Notes: generated by a model not told the origin, from the sequence alone. Counted from the stretch's first letter, positions 40,623-51,038 are shown. The stretch is DNA of 64,000 nt from an uncultured Acidobacteriota bacterium (GCA_963777605.1 CAVZRV010000030.1:96001-160000); one strand, 5' to 3'. A program made the numbers and translations.

Positions 40623-42400
40623 TTCGGATTCACCGGGTCTACAGTACCGCTCTGCCCATCGATCAACACCGGATCGAACAGATCCAGGAGATCTTTCGCC
40701 AGAGCTTTCCGGAGGTGGCCGAGTCGTCGGCCACCATCCCTGACAAGATCGCCCACCCTTTCGCGTACGGTTATCTCAGCGTCGCCTTGGTGAGCGAGGC
40801 GGCAACGGGTCGAGTCAGCGGTTTTTCTCTCTTCAATCACTTCCCCGATATCAACGCAGCGCTGCTGGATTTCATTGCTGTTCAACGCGGCCACAGAGGC
40901 GGCGGCATCGGCGGTGCTCTCTATGAGGCAACCCGGGAGTATTTGATCTCGATGAAGTCTCGGGGACTCTATTTCGAGGCATTACCCGACGATCCCATTC
41001 TGGTGGCCGACGCCGTCGAATTGCGGGAGAATCGGAAACGACTGTCCTTCTATGAAGGATACGGAGTCTTCCCGGTCATCGAGACGGACTACGAGACCCC
41101 CATCGACGAATCCCCTGCACCCTTTCTGCTCTTCGATCCGTTGGGAAGACAATCGCCTCTCGGAAGAAGCGAAGCACGGTCCGCCGTCCGGGAGATCCTG
41201 GAGCGAAAGTACGGCCACCTGGTTGATGCCGCCTACATTGACAAGGTCGTCAGGTCATTCAGGCACGACCCGGTGCGGTTCAGACAACCCCGCTACATAC
41301 GGAACAGCGACACCGTGAGCGCTAAACAGCCTCCGCATGGCCGGCTCGAGCGCCCATTCGTGGTTGTTTCCAGCACGCGCCACCAGATCCACCATGTTCG
41401 TGAACGGGGCTACGTCGAACGACCGGCGAGGGTCAATGCGATCCTGGACGCCGTGTCCACCCTGGACTTGTTCGAAACTCTCCCTCCGCGCCATTTTGGT
41501 GAGGAAAGAATTCGCAAGGTTCACAACTCCGGCCTGGTTTCCTATCTGCGAGAGGTCTGCCGGACGTTCACGGACAGTCGCCCCGTGTACCCTTACGTTT
41601 TCCCGATCCGCCGACCGGAACGAAAGCCCAGGGACCTGGCCGTCCGCGCCGGGTACTACTGCATCGACACGTTCACGCCGCTCGATCGAAATGCCTACGT
41701 TGCGGCGCGGGAGGCCGTCGATGTGGCTCTGACAGCCGCGGAGATACTCGTGCGCCGGGGGCCCCGCATGGCCTACGGCGTCTGCCGGCCCCCTGGCCAC
41801 CACTCTGAAGCCAAGTCGTTCGGAGGATTCTGCTATTTCAACAACGCGGCCATTGCAAGCCAGTATCTGAGTACCTTTGCCCGGGTCGCCCTGCTCGACA
41901 TCGACTTTCATCACGGCAATGGTTCTCAGGACATCTTTTATCAGCGGAGCGACGTCCTGACCGTCTCGATCCACGGCCACCCCAACTACGCCTATCCTTA
42001 CTTCTCCGGTTTCGCGGACGAAAACGGGGAGGGGCCCGGGAAAGGCTATAATTTCAATTATCCTCTTCCCGAGAACACCGCGGCCGATGTTTATCTGGAT
42101 ACGCTCAGCCGGGCGCTCAAGAGAATCCGAGATTACGATCCCGGCTTCCTCGTTGTGTCTCTGGGCTTCGACACGATGAAGGGCGATCCAACCGGAGCTT
42201 TCCTGCTGACATCGGATACGCTCAAGCAGATGGGACAGGCAGTTTCGGCCCTCAACCGGCCGACGCTGGTCCTTCAGGAGGGAGGCTACAGCCTTCGCAA
42301 TCTACGTCGGGGAGCCCTCGGATTCTTTTCAGGTTTTGCCAAGCCCCTCTTCTCCGGGGACACGGGTTCCCGTACTGAGAAGAAGACTCGGACCTCATGA
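40619..42400 (+). CDS. GNAT-fold domain fused to a class II HDAC/acetylpolyamine amidohydrolase-like deacetylase
   Basis: N-terminal LLDFIAV...RGGGIGGALYE...FYEGYG; C-terminal ERPARV, RPPGHH, GFCYFNNAA, LDIDFHHGNG, SLGFD and QEGGY; TTGA overlap with kamA. Confidence 0.9.
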   Translation: MIRIHRVYSTALPIDQHRIEQIQEIFRQSFPEVAESSATIPDKIAHPFAYGYLSVALVSEAATGRVSGFSLFNHFPDINAALLDFIAVQRGHRGGGIGGALYEATREYLISMKSRGLYFEALPDDPILVADAVELRENRKRLSFYEGYGVFPVIETDYETPIDESPAPFLLFDPLGRQSPLGRSEARSAVREILERKYGHLVDAAYIDKVVRSFRHDPVRFRQPRYIRNSDTVSAKQPPHGRLERPFVVVSSTRHQIHHVRERGYVERPARVNAILDAVSTLDLFETLPPRHFGEERIRKVHNSGLVSYLREVCRTFTDSRPVYPYVFPIRRPERKPRDLAVRAGYYCIDTFTPLDRNAYVAAREAVDVALTAAEILVRRGPRMAYGVCRPPGHHSEAKSFGGFCYFNNAAIASQYLSTFARVALLDIDFHHGNGSQDIFYQRSDVLTVSIHGHPNYAYPYFSGFADENGEGPGKGYNFNYPLPENTAADVYLDTLSRALKRIRDYDPGFLVVSLGFDTMKGDPTGAFLLTSDTLKQMGQAVSALNRPTLVLQEGGYSLRNLRRGALGFFSGFAKPLFSGDTGSRTEKKTRTS

Positions 42401-42425
42401 TTTCTGTCCTCGAGGAGGAAGCACT

Positions 42426-43424
42426 TTGTTGATCGGTCTGGTTTACGATTTGATTGATGATTACCTTGCCGACGGCTTTTCAGCCGAGGAGGCAGCCGAA
42501 TTCGATTCGCTCTCGACGATCGAAGGCCTGGAAGCAGCCTTGCGCTCGAACGGCCACGACGTGGAGCGCGTCGGCAGCGGTCGTCGCCTTTGCGGCCAAC
42601 TCGCTGCCGGCAGGCGGTGGGACCTGGTGTTCAACATTGCCGAGGGGATCAGCGGGCGCAGCCGTGAGGCGCAGGTCCCGGGTCTGCTGGACCTGTTCAA
42701 CCTTCCCTACACCTTTTCCGACGCGCTGGTCTGTGCGGTGACCCTCGACAAGGGAATGGCCAAGCGGATTGTTCGTGACGCCGGCCTGGCGACGCCGGCC
42801 TTTGCCGTTGTCAGCTCGCCCGCGGACGTTGACAAGGTTGACCTCCGGTATCCCGTTTTCGCCAAGCCGCTTTGCGAGGGTACGAGCAAGGGCATCGACG
42901 GTCGTTCCCGGGTGCCCCACCGTGAAGCCCTCGAGGAGCGCTGCACACACCTCCTCGACCGGCACAGGCAACCCGTACTCGTCGAGGAGTACCTTCCCGG
43001 AAGGGAGTTTACCGCCGGTATCATCGGTTCCGATTCCCAGTCCCGGGTGATCGGGATCATGGAGATCTCGATCCGGCAGAGTTCGCCGGTGGCCGACTAC
43101 TCCTACCAGGTGAAATGCGACTGGGAGCGTTTGGTCACGTACGAGCCTCTGCCAAACGGCGAACTCCGGGAGCAAATCGAGAGGCTGGCTTTGGGAGCCT
43201 ACCGGGTGCTGGGCTGCCGCGATGCCGGCCGTGTCGATATTCGGCTCGATGACAGGGGAAAGGCTTCTTTTATCGAGATCAATCCGCTTCCAGGTCTCAA
43301 TCCCGTCTACTCCGATCTGCCGATCCTGGCCGCTCAGCAGGGCTGGTCCTATCTTGAGCTGATCGGTGCGATCGTGGCTAGCGCCCGGGAACGAATCAGC
43401 GAAAAAGCCGGGGCCGCAACATGA
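42426..43424 (+). CDS. D-Ala-D-Ala ligase-like ATP-grasp enzyme (non-canonical)
   Basis: VFNIAEG, LDKGMAK, YPVFAKPxxEGTSKGI, LVEEYLPGREFT, GRVDIR and EINPLPG; TTG start after GAGGAGG. Confidence 0.88.
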   Translation: MLIGLVYDLIDDYLADGFSAEEAAEFDSLSTIEGLEAALRSNGHDVERVGSGRRLCGQLAAGRRWDLVFNIAEGISGRSREAQVPGLLDLFNLPYTFSDALVCAVTLDKGMAKRIVRDAGLATPAFAVVSSPADVDKVDLRYPVFAKPLCEGTSKGIDGRSRVPHREALEERCTHLLDRHRQPVLVEEYLPGREFTAGIIGSDSQSRVIGIMEISIRQSSPVADYSYQVKCDWERLVTYEPLPNGELREQIERLALGAYRVLGCRDAGRVDIRLDDRGKASFIEINPLPGLNPVYSDLPILAAQQGWSYLELIGAIVASARERISEKAGAAT

Positions 43425-44953
43425 GACCGACCGTTCTGGTCCTTTTCAACACCCCTGGCAAGGGGGACGATCCGGGTGGCTGCTCGTACCGGGAATCCGA
43501 GGGGGGCGTCGCAGCGGAGGTCGCCGCCGTGGAAGCGGCGCTGCGGCAGTTGGAGATCCCGTTCCGTTCGGCCGGGGTCCACAGCGTTCGTGACCTCGAC
43601 GGCCTGTTCACGGTGGGTCGAGAACCGGTTGTGGTCAACCTGGTCGAGGCCCTGGATGGGCTGGATGAGTACGCCTGTCTGGTTCCCGACATCTGCCGCA
43701 GTTACGGCTGTACGGTCACCGGGAATTCAACTCGCTGCCTTGCACTGACGCTGGACAAGGCCGTCACAAAGTCGGTCCTGAGAGCATCCGGGATTCCCAC
43801 CCCCTGGTGGGTCCAGGTTTCGGTCGGAGAGGAGGTTCCCCGGATCCCACCCGAGTACTTTCCTCTGATCGTCAAGCCTTCCCGGTCCGATGCCAGTGAA
43901 GGGATCGATGCCCATTCAGTCATCGGACAGCCCGGTCCCGAACTTGCCGGCCTGGTGGATCGACTCCACCGGACAAGCGGCGAACCGGTGCTGGTCGAGC
44001 GCTACCTGGAGGGGCGCGAGTTCAACGTGGCTCTTCTCGAGGAGGCCGGGTCGGTTCGCGTTCTTCCGCCCGCGGAGATCCTTTTCAAAGGTTACCCGGC
44101 GGGTAAGCCGAGGATTGTCGATTACGCTGCAAAATGGTTGGAAGAAAGTTTCGAATACCGCAACACCGAGAGGCAGATTCCGGCGCAGATTTCCGATTCG
44201 GAGTTCCAGCAGATTCGGGACCTGGCACTGCGGAGTTGGACAGCGTGTGGATGTCGCGATTACGCCCGCGTCGACTTTCGGATGGAGGCGGACGGCCGTT
44301 GCTCGCTCCTCGAAGTCAATGCCAATCCTGACGTTGCGCCGGACGCCGGTTTTTCCGCCGCGCTGGACGCGGGGAGAATAGGATACCCAAAATTCGTCGC
44401 AACCATCGTGGACAATGCCCGCTCTCGTCATTTCGAGACCGTCCATTTGTCGGAGCAGCCTTCCGACGGTCCAGCCGGTCCGGAAGGTCGCGAGGGGATC
44501 TTCCGGACTGCTGCCGCGGAGGTCGGCCCCATCGTAGCGATGGTCGCTGAAACCGGGTTCTTTCGTCCCGATGAAGTCGAAATTGCGGCGGAAGTTCTCG
44601 AAAGTGCCGTTCACCGCGGGGACTATGAATCCTACACCTTCCGGGTTGAGGGAGCCGCGGTCGGCTGGGTCTGCTACGGAGCCACGCCGTGCACGATGGG
44701 TACGTACGATGTTTACTGGCTGGCGGTCTCTCCCGGACTCCAGGGACGGGGGATCGGTCATCGGTTGATGGACTTCGCCGAAGCGCGGATCCGCGAGGCG
44801 GGAGGCCGGATCGCCGTAGTGGAGACCGCAGGAAGACCGGATTACGAGCCGACAAGGAAGTTCTACGAACGGATCGGTTACCTTCTCGAGCATCAGATCA
44901 TCGATTTCTATGCTCCCGGAGACGACAAGATGATTTACTGCAAGAGATTCTAA
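43421..44953 (+). CDS. Ddl-like ATP-grasp enzyme fused to a C-terminal GNAT acetyltransferase
   Basis: NLVEA, LDKAVTK, PLIVKPxxxDASEGI, LVERYLEGREFNV, YARVDFR and EVNANP; then YWLAVxPxxQGRGIG and TRKFYERIGY; ATGA overlap. Confidence 0.9.
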   Translation: MRPTVLVLFNTPGKGDDPGGCSYRESEGGVAAEVAAVEAALRQLEIPFRSAGVHSVRDLDGLFTVGREPVVVNLVEALDGLDEYACLVPDICRSYGCTVTGNSTRCLALTLDKAVTKSVLRASGIPTPWWVQVSVGEEVPRIPPEYFPLIVKPSRSDASEGIDAHSVIGQPGPELAGLVDRLHRTSGEPVLVERYLEGREFNVALLEEAGSVRVLPPAEILFKGYPAGKPRIVDYAAKWLEESFEYRNTERQIPAQISDSEFQQIRDLALRSWTACGCRDYARVDFRMEADGRCSLLEVNANPDVAPDAGFSAALDAGRIGYPKFVATIVDNARSRHFETVHLSEQPSDGPAGPEGREGIFRTAAAEVGPIVAMVAETGFFRPDEVEIAAEVLESAVHRGDYESYTFRVEGAAVGWVCYGATPCTMGTYDVYWLAVSPGLQGRGIGHRLMDFAEARIREAGGRIAVVETAGRPDYEPTRKFYERIGYLLEHQIIDFYAPGDDKMIYCKRF

Positions 44954-45025
44954 TGATTGTGCTCTCCTTCTGATACCCTATCGGCTGCTGAGTGACTGTG
45001 TTCCAATGACCTACAAGGAGAAGAC

Positions 45026-45754
45026 ATGCGAAGGATAACTCTACTTCTGGCAGCAACGATCACCTGCTGCATTCTCGCTGGCCGTGTCGGGGCTGTGGAA
45101 GTGCCTCAGTTTCGTGATCTGTTCAACGGGAAGGACCTGAGCGGGTGGGTCAACGTCAACACCGACCCCGATACCTGGTCGGTTCGCGACGGCATGATCA
45201 TCTGCAAGGGGCAACCCATTGGTGTCATGCGGAGTGAACGGCAGTACGAGAATTTCATTCTTCACATTGAGTGGATGCATATGGAGCCCGGAGGGAACTC
45301 GGGCGTCTTCGTCTGGAGCAATGCCGCCCCTCCGGAAGGCCAGAGGCTGCCCAACGGAGTAGAGGTCCAAATGTTGGAGCTGGAGTGGCCCTTCATCAAT
45401 AAGGACCGCAACGGTCAGCCCCGTCCCCTCGCTTACGTGCATGGAGAACTGTTTGGAGTGGGGGGCGTCGTGACGACGCCGGACAATCCTCGCGGCCGGC
45501 GGAGCAAGTCGATTGAGAATCGCTGCTTGCCCAAGGGTGAGTGGAATACCTACGATGTTGTCTGCGTTGACGGAGTGATCAAACTTGCCGTAAACGGAAA
45601 GTTCGTCAACGGCATCAGTCATTCCACTCAGAGAAAAGGGTATCTCTGCCTGGAGTCGGAAGGGGCCGAGATTCATTTCAGGAACATCAAGATCCTGGAA
45701 CTCCCGCCGGGAGTCCTGACCCCGGACCAGATTGCCCCGGTGATCAACCGGTAG
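45026..45754 (+). CDS. DUF1080 / 3-keto-disaccharide hydrolase family exported protein
   Basis: [10 protein letters not shown], YENFxLxxEW, GNSGVF, EVQ, GEWN and [13 protein letters not shown]. Confidence 0.9.
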   Translation: MRRITLLLAATITCCILAGRVGAVEVPQFRDLFNGKDLSGWVNVNTDPDTWSVRDGMIICKGQPIGVMRSERQYENFILHIEWMHMEPGGNSGVFVWSNAAPPEGQRLPNGVEVQMLELEWPFINKDRNGQPRPLAYVHGELFGVGGVVTTPDNPRGRRSKSIENRCLPKGEWNTYDVVCVDGVIKLAVNGKFVNGISHSTQRKGYLCLESEGAEIHFRNIKILELPPGVLTPDQIAPVINR

Positions 45755-45966
45755 ATTTCCGCCTCTAATTTTGCCAGTCCCGGATTCGGGTTTGCCCTTT
45801 CCGCTACCTCGGATTCGGGGCCGGCAGGAATGCCCTCCTGCTCGCTTTTTCTGATTTCTCTTGACGGTTGATCGGTCCGTCGTGTATTCAAAGGACAAGC
45901 TTTGCCCCGTTTCGGGTTGCACTTCTTCGAACTTGAGGGCAGCTGTATTTTTCACCGATTGGTCGC

Positions 45967-47226
45967 ATGGCGAAAACTAACTTGCGCTGGATAGGCGTTA
46001 CGATTGCGGTCGGCTTTCTTCTTCTGGGCGAAGCTGTTGGCCAGAACGAGGACGTAACGGGGCAACCGGGTTCGAGGTCACTGACGGGTTACAACCGCAG
46101 GCGCTCGGCTACCGCCCATATCCCGCTTATCAACCTGGTCGGACGAGTCCTCATGGATACCGGGGAGGCGCCCAGCGAAATCGTCCAGGTCGAACTGGTC
46201 TGTAACGGTCGGGTCAGATCCCAAACCCCGACGGGGGCAGACGGCAGCTTCAGCTTTGATCTTGGCGGGCCCCGGAACGACGACATGCTGGATCCGTCGG
46301 TTGGTGGAAGCTACGACGGAAGCCTGCGATCGATTGGAAATCTGTCTCGACCCGGCCCGGGACAGGTGTTTGGGAGCACATCAGGATCCTCGCCAGACCG
46401 CGTCATCCTGGGGGGCTGTGAAATCCGGGCTGCCCCAAAACCGGGCTTTGCGTCGGAGACCATTAATCTCAGGGCTCGCGACACCATCGACAATCCCGAC
46501 GTCGGCGTTCTCATTCTGAGGCGACTCTCCAACGCGGACGCGACCACCGTGAGTCTTAACACTTTGGCTGCTCCCAAGAAGGCCCACGACGCGTTTGAAG
46601 CCGCGCAAAAGGCAATCGCCCAGAAGAAGCCTGATTTGAAGAAGGCGACCAAGCTGTTGAAGCGCGCCGTCGATGCCTATCCACGCTTTTCAGCCGCATG
46701 GGAGCTGCTCGCCCGGGTCCAGTTGTCGCAGGATAAGACTGCCGACGCGGTCAGCTCGCTTCAGAAGGCGGTTGAGGCCGAGCCCGGCTTTATCTCCCCG
46801 TACCTCGTCCTGGCGCAGATCTCGATTCAAAAGAGTGACTGGGCGAGCACAGCGGAGTGGACTAGCAAGGTTCTTTCCTTTGACAAGGAAAACGCAACCT
46901 CACTTTACTGGAATGGCCTCTCCCACTATTACCTCGCCCGGTTCGACCGGGCCGAGCCGATCCTTGCGGGACTCTACCGGAAGGGCCGGGAACTGGAAGA
47001 GGAGTACCCGTTCGGGCTCTTGCCGCTCGGTGTGATGCACGCCAACCAGGGAAGAATTCGGGAGGCCGCCCGGGAATTCAGGAGTTATCTCCAGTTCATG
47101 CCCGAGGCTCGGGTCTCCGTGGAACAGCGCGGCCAACTCCTCAGCCAGATCGCCACGTGGGAACGGGCGGGATTGATCGAGGAAAAGGCTGACGACTCTA
47201 CGATCGCCCGCAAGACACCCGAATAG
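45967..47226 (+). CDS. Exported TPR protein with N-terminal beta-sandwich domain
   Basis: Signal peptide, GRVLMDxG, LxC, GxFSF, L.APKKA and several TPR helices. Confidence 0.82.
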   Translation: MAKTNLRWIGVTIAVGFLLLGEAVGQNEDVTGQPGSRSLTGYNRRRSATAHIPLINLVGRVLMDTGEAPSEIVQVELVCNGRVRSQTPTGADGSFSFDLGGPRNDDMLDPSVGGSYDGSLRSIGNLSRPGPGQVFGSTSGSSPDRVILGGCEIRAAPKPGFASETINLRARDTIDNPDVGVLILRRLSNADATTVSLNTLAAPKKAHDAFEAAQKAIAQKKPDLKKATKLLKRAVDAYPRFSAAWELLARVQLSQDKTADAVSSLQKAVEAEPGFISPYLVLAQISIQKSDWASTAEWTSKVLSFDKENATSLYWNGLSHYYLARFDRAEPILAGLYRKGRELEEEYPFGLLPLGVMHANQGRIREAAREFRSYLQFMPEARVSVEQRGQLLSQIATWERAGLIEEKADDSTIARKTPE

Positions 47227-47229
47227 CGG

Positions 47230-49242
47230 TCAGTCCGGTCTCTTTTCATCGGGGTGATTTCGAAAGAGCGAGGGGGGGGCAGGTTTCTTTTCGGTCTTGT
47301 CCAGGTTTGAGGCGCTCTGGGTCAGTGCATCCTGCACCTTGCGTCGTTCTTCCAGGGTCAGGGTCTGCAGGTCGTGGTCATTGAATCCCAGCCGCTTCCC
47401 GACCTCCGCCAGCCTCTTTTGACCGATTTCCCCCAGGTCCCCACCCAGTGCCGCCGTCCGAGCGAACCAGCTGAGTGCTTCTTTGGCCTTACCCGCTCTC
47501 AGGAGGGCCTCCCCGAGCCGAAATGAAGCGTACTGGTGATGAGGCGCATACTCGATTGCCTGTTCGAGTCGGTGAATGGACTGGTTCAAGAGTTGGCGGG
47601 CGGCTTCTCCCTGGGCCTCAACTGCCCGGCCGAGGTAGACACGCCCCAACGCATAGCAGGCGTCGCTGGAGACCTGATCCCGTCGCATGGTCCAGTCGGA
47701 TTCCGCTTCACCAGTTCGTCTTCCGATCTTGTCGGCCGCGTTCAACGTCTCTAGAGCTCTTTGTTCGGCCTCGGTCACGCGTCCGGATTCGGAATAGACC
47801 AGGGCCAGGTACCCGGACAGCTCAGGAAAGACCGGGATCGCCTCGAGGACTTTTTCACTCTGGGCCACGAAATTGGGGACATCGTTGTTCCGCCGGTAGA
47901 TGCTGGCGAGTATGTAGTGAGCATAGGGTGCCATGCCACCGTCCGGGAACTCCTTGAGGAAGGCTTCAGATGCGGATTTCTGGTTCTCGATTCCCTCGGC
48001 TTTTTCAACTGCCTCCCAGGCGCGGGATTCCTGGGGCGAAGAAGGGCGACCCACGACCCGAGCGGCCTTGTCAGGTGCGGGTCCAACAGGTTCACCCCTT
48101 CGGTCAGTGCGAACCGGGCCGTCGGCAGGAGGCGTTTCGACGATCGCCTCTGTTGGCTTGTCGGCAGGGGGGGAATCCTTTCGGTTGTTCAACCGGTCCA
48201 GTCGAAGTCGCGCGAGGTCGGAAAAGATGCCTGAGGGAAACCGTTTCAAGAAGAGCCGGAAGTCTTCGGAATGAGCACTGTTCTCGATCGATTTCCAGAA
48301 AGTGATCTCGGCCGTCTCGGAAATGTCGGGACTCGGTTTTGCCGGTTTGACGACTGGGTCGGGGGACAGGTCCCGGCCGGGGACCATGAAAATGAACTCA
48401 CCTTCACCGCTCCGGCCGAGTTGGGGATTTTGCCGGGCCTGCCAGTTGGAAAGCGCCGTTTGGGCCACGCCGGGTTCGATATAGGCATAAAGTTCGCTCG
48501 AGGTCAGAATGCCGTCTCCGTTCGAATCCCCATTGCCTTCCAGGGCCTCGACGAAGAAATAGGTGAACAGCCCCTGTCCGCGCCACTCGTGGGCCTCCTG
48601 GTCGGCCCGCCCGGCCGTCAGGGCGAGGCGCACCTTCTTCTGGGTAACCTGCCGAAGATAGTCCTCAAGCGTTGTGGGCAGTCCCACGCTGCGGGTCGAC
48701 AGCGCCAGTCCCGAGTAGCAGGCATCGGCGACGAACATGACGTGCTTGCTCGGATAAAGAGCGAAGATTCGCTGGAGTTCGCTCATGGCGATTCCGGTCG
48801 CCATCCGACGTTCGTTGTCCCCTTCTACCGGCATCAGGTAACCCATCGCCGCGTCTCCTTCGCCCACCGTCACGCCGTGGCCGGCGAAATAGATCAGGAC
48901 CCGATCGCCATATTTCAGCACTGGAATGAGCCGGTCCCCAAGTTCGGTCGTAATCCGGGTTCGGGTGGCATCACGGTTCAGGAGCAGGCGGACGTCGAAC
49001 TTGTGCTGCTTCTCCAGAACCTCCGCCACGTGCCTGGCATCGGGAACGGCCCCGGGAAGATCGGGGAGGCTCTGGTAATCTGAAATACCGATCACTACAG
49101 CGTAGGATCGGTTGTAGACGCGGGATTCACCCCCCGGCCCGATCAAATCGTTGGACGACGCCTTGTAGATGAGCGAACCCAGGTCCTGGGCCTGCACGGG
49201 AATCCCCATGCCGAGGAAAAGAATAAGAATCAATCGTGTCAT
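47230..49242 (-). CDS. Exported caspase-family (peptidase C14) protein with C-terminal TPRs
   Basis: Signal peptide, YAVVIGISDY, YFAGHG and DACYSG His/Cys dyad, GLFTYFF and TPR repeats; start likely 49242. Confidence 0.9.
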   Translation of the reverse strand: MTRLILILFLGMGIPVQAQDLGSLIYKASSNDLIGPGGESRVYNRSYAVVIGISDYQSLPDLPGAVPDARHVAEVLEKQHKFDVRLLLNRDATRTRITTELGDRLIPVLKYGDRVLIYFAGHGVTVGEGDAAMGYLMPVEGDNERRMATGIAMSELQRIFALYPSKHVMFVADACYSGLALSTRSVGLPTTLEDYLRQVTQKKVRLALTAGRADQEAHEWRGQGLFTYFFVEALEGNGDSNGDGILTSSELYAYIEPGVAQTALSNWQARQNPQLGRSGEGEFIFMVPGRDLSPDPVVKPAKPSPDISETAEITFWKSIENSAHSEDFRLFLKRFPSGIFSDLARLRLDRLNNRKDSPPADKPTEAIVETPPADGPVRTDRRGEPVGPAPDKAARVVGRPSSPQESRAWEAVEKAEGIENQKSASEAFLKEFPDGGMAPYAHYILASIYRRNNDVPNFVAQSEKVLEAIPVFPELSGYLALVYSESGRVTEAEQRALETLNAADKIGRRTGEAESDWTMRRDQVSSDACYALGRVYLGRAVEAQGEAARQLLNQSIHRLEQAIEYAPHHQYASFRLGEALLRAGKAKEALSWFARTAALGGDLGEIGQKRLAEVGKRLGFNDHDLQTLTLEERRKVQDALTQSASNLDKTEKKPAPPSLFRNHPDEKRPD

Positions 49243-49459
49243 CCCAACGACTCTCATCAGGATCGCTACGCGACGCCGCTGGAAATCAGATTCCTCATGC
49301 GTCGCGCCGATGGCCCAAAGCTGAACAAGTGGAAACCACCCAAGCAAGCGGGCGAGAAATTAAAGTTAGTGTACCGCGAGCACAGGGAAACCCGCAAGCA
49401 GTTCATTCACAGTGGGATTCCGAGCATTCCCCGACTGGCCTATACTAAACTGCAAAGCC

Positions 49460-50779
49460 ATGACTACTCAGCGTGAGAAGATGTTGACCCCCTACACGAA
49501 TAAGTTGAGGGCGGCGCAGCAGGAGTACTTGTTTCCCTGCCTCAAACCTCTATACGAGGAACCCATCGCAATAGTCGAGGCCAACGGGGTGACCGTCATC
49601 GATGCGGAAGGTGAGGCGTACCTCGACTTTTTCGCCGGTATCCTGACAACCTCCATCGGGCATTGTCACCCCGAGGTCGTGGCGCGAGTCCGAGATCAAA
49701 TCGGTCGCTTGGGGCATACTTCGACGCTGTACATTACCGAGAACCAGATCAACGTCGCACGCAAGCTGGAGGCGATTGCACCGGGTTCGCTGAAGACATG
49801 CTTCTTTACCAACAGCGGGACCGAGGCCGTCGAGACGGCAATGATGCTGGCTCAACAATACACGGGTCGCCAGGAGATCATCGCGCTCCGCCACGGCTAT
49901 TCCGGCCGCAGCGCTTTAGCGGCGACACTGACGGCCCAAGCGCCGTGGCGTCCCCTTTCGAGCGCCGCACCATACGTCCGCCATGCCCTGTCGCCGTACC
50001 CCTATCGCGGTCCCTGCGAGGCGTCCGGCAGTGACCTCGGTGAGCGGTTTGCTGAGGATCTTGAAGAGGTCATTCAGACCACCACCAACGGGCGACCGGC
50101 GGCGTTCTTTGCTGAGACCATCCAGGGGGTGGGTGGTTACATCGTCCCTCCGCCCGGCTACTTTCAGCGGGCCGCCGAGATTATCCGCCGCTACGGCGGG
50201 CTCTTCATAAGTGATGAAGTCCAAACGGCTTTTGGACGAACCGGGGACAGATGGTTCGGGATCGAGCACTGGGATGTCGAGCCCGACATCATCGTGATGG
50301 CCAAGGGCATTGCCAATGGGTTTCCGGTCGGTGCCACGATTACCCGGCCGGAGATCGCAGCAGGCTGGACGGCGAAGACGATCTCGACCTACGGCGGCAA
50401 TCCGGTCGCGATGGCGGCGGCCGAGGCGACGCTGGACGTGATGCGGCGCGAAGATACGCCAAAACGTTCCGCTGAACGCGGCCTCCAGCTCCGCGAGGGG
50501 CTGAAAGGCCTGTACGAAGAGCATCCTTGGATTGGTGAAGTGCGCGGCATGGGTCTCATGCAGGCGATGGAGCTGGTTGAAGACCGCCAAGGCAAGGCTC
50601 CTGCTCCGAAAAGAGCCGCTGCTCTTCTTGAAGCCGCCAAAGCCGAAGGGTTGCTGCTTGGCCTTGGAGGCCTGAATGGTCACGTTGTCCGAATGGGTCC
50701 GTCGATGCTGGTCACCGAAGTCGAGGTGGCGGATGCCTTGGCTCGCCTGGGTCGCGCCTGCCGGAGGGTGGACAGTTGA
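49460..50779 (+). CDS. Class III PLP aminotransferase (AGXT2/GabT-like)
   Basis: YLDFFAGI, GHCHP, FTNSGTEA, ETIQGVGG, DEVQTAFGRTG, MAKGIANG and VRGMGLM; start likely 49460. Confidence 0.92.
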   Translation: MTTQREKMLTPYTNKLRAAQQEYLFPCLKPLYEEPIAIVEANGVTVIDAEGEAYLDFFAGILTTSIGHCHPEVVARVRDQIGRLGHTSTLYITENQINVARKLEAIAPGSLKTCFFTNSGTEAVETAMMLAQQYTGRQEIIALRHGYSGRSALAATLTAQAPWRPLSSAAPYVRHALSPYPYRGPCEASGSDLGERFAEDLEEVIQTTTNGRPAAFFAETIQGVGGYIVPPPGYFQRAAEIIRRYGGLFISDEVQTAFGRTGDRWFGIEHWDVEPDIIVMAKGIANGFPVGATITRPEIAAGWTAKTISTYGGNPVAMAAAEATLDVMRREDTPKRSAERGLQLREGLKGLYEEHPWIGEVRGMGLMQAMELVEDRQGKAPAPKRAAALLEAAKAEGLLLGLGGLNGHVVRMGPSMLVTEVEVADALARLGRACRRVDS

Positions 50780-51038
50780 GCAACTCGGCACTGCCGACTA
50801 TCCAGACCGGGTTTTGAGGAAAGTGCGAGGGGCCAACGTTAAGAGCGGTGCCGGATAGACCGTGTTCTGTGGACGTGTTCCGATTAGCTGGACAGCGAGG
50901 GGTCCTTGAAATGCTTCAACCTTGATCCTCGAACTGTTCACGACATTGATCCTTGAGCTTCGTTGAACTTCCGGCGCTGATGATCAACAGGTTCTGGGGA
51001 ATCCGATGACGTGAGTTTTGTAGCGAACTGGAGGAACG

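Noticed and set aside
42426-44953. Housekeeping ddl or Van-type resistance ligases
   Set aside because: D-Ala-binding motifs are missing, and there are no mur/fts or vanHX genes in context.
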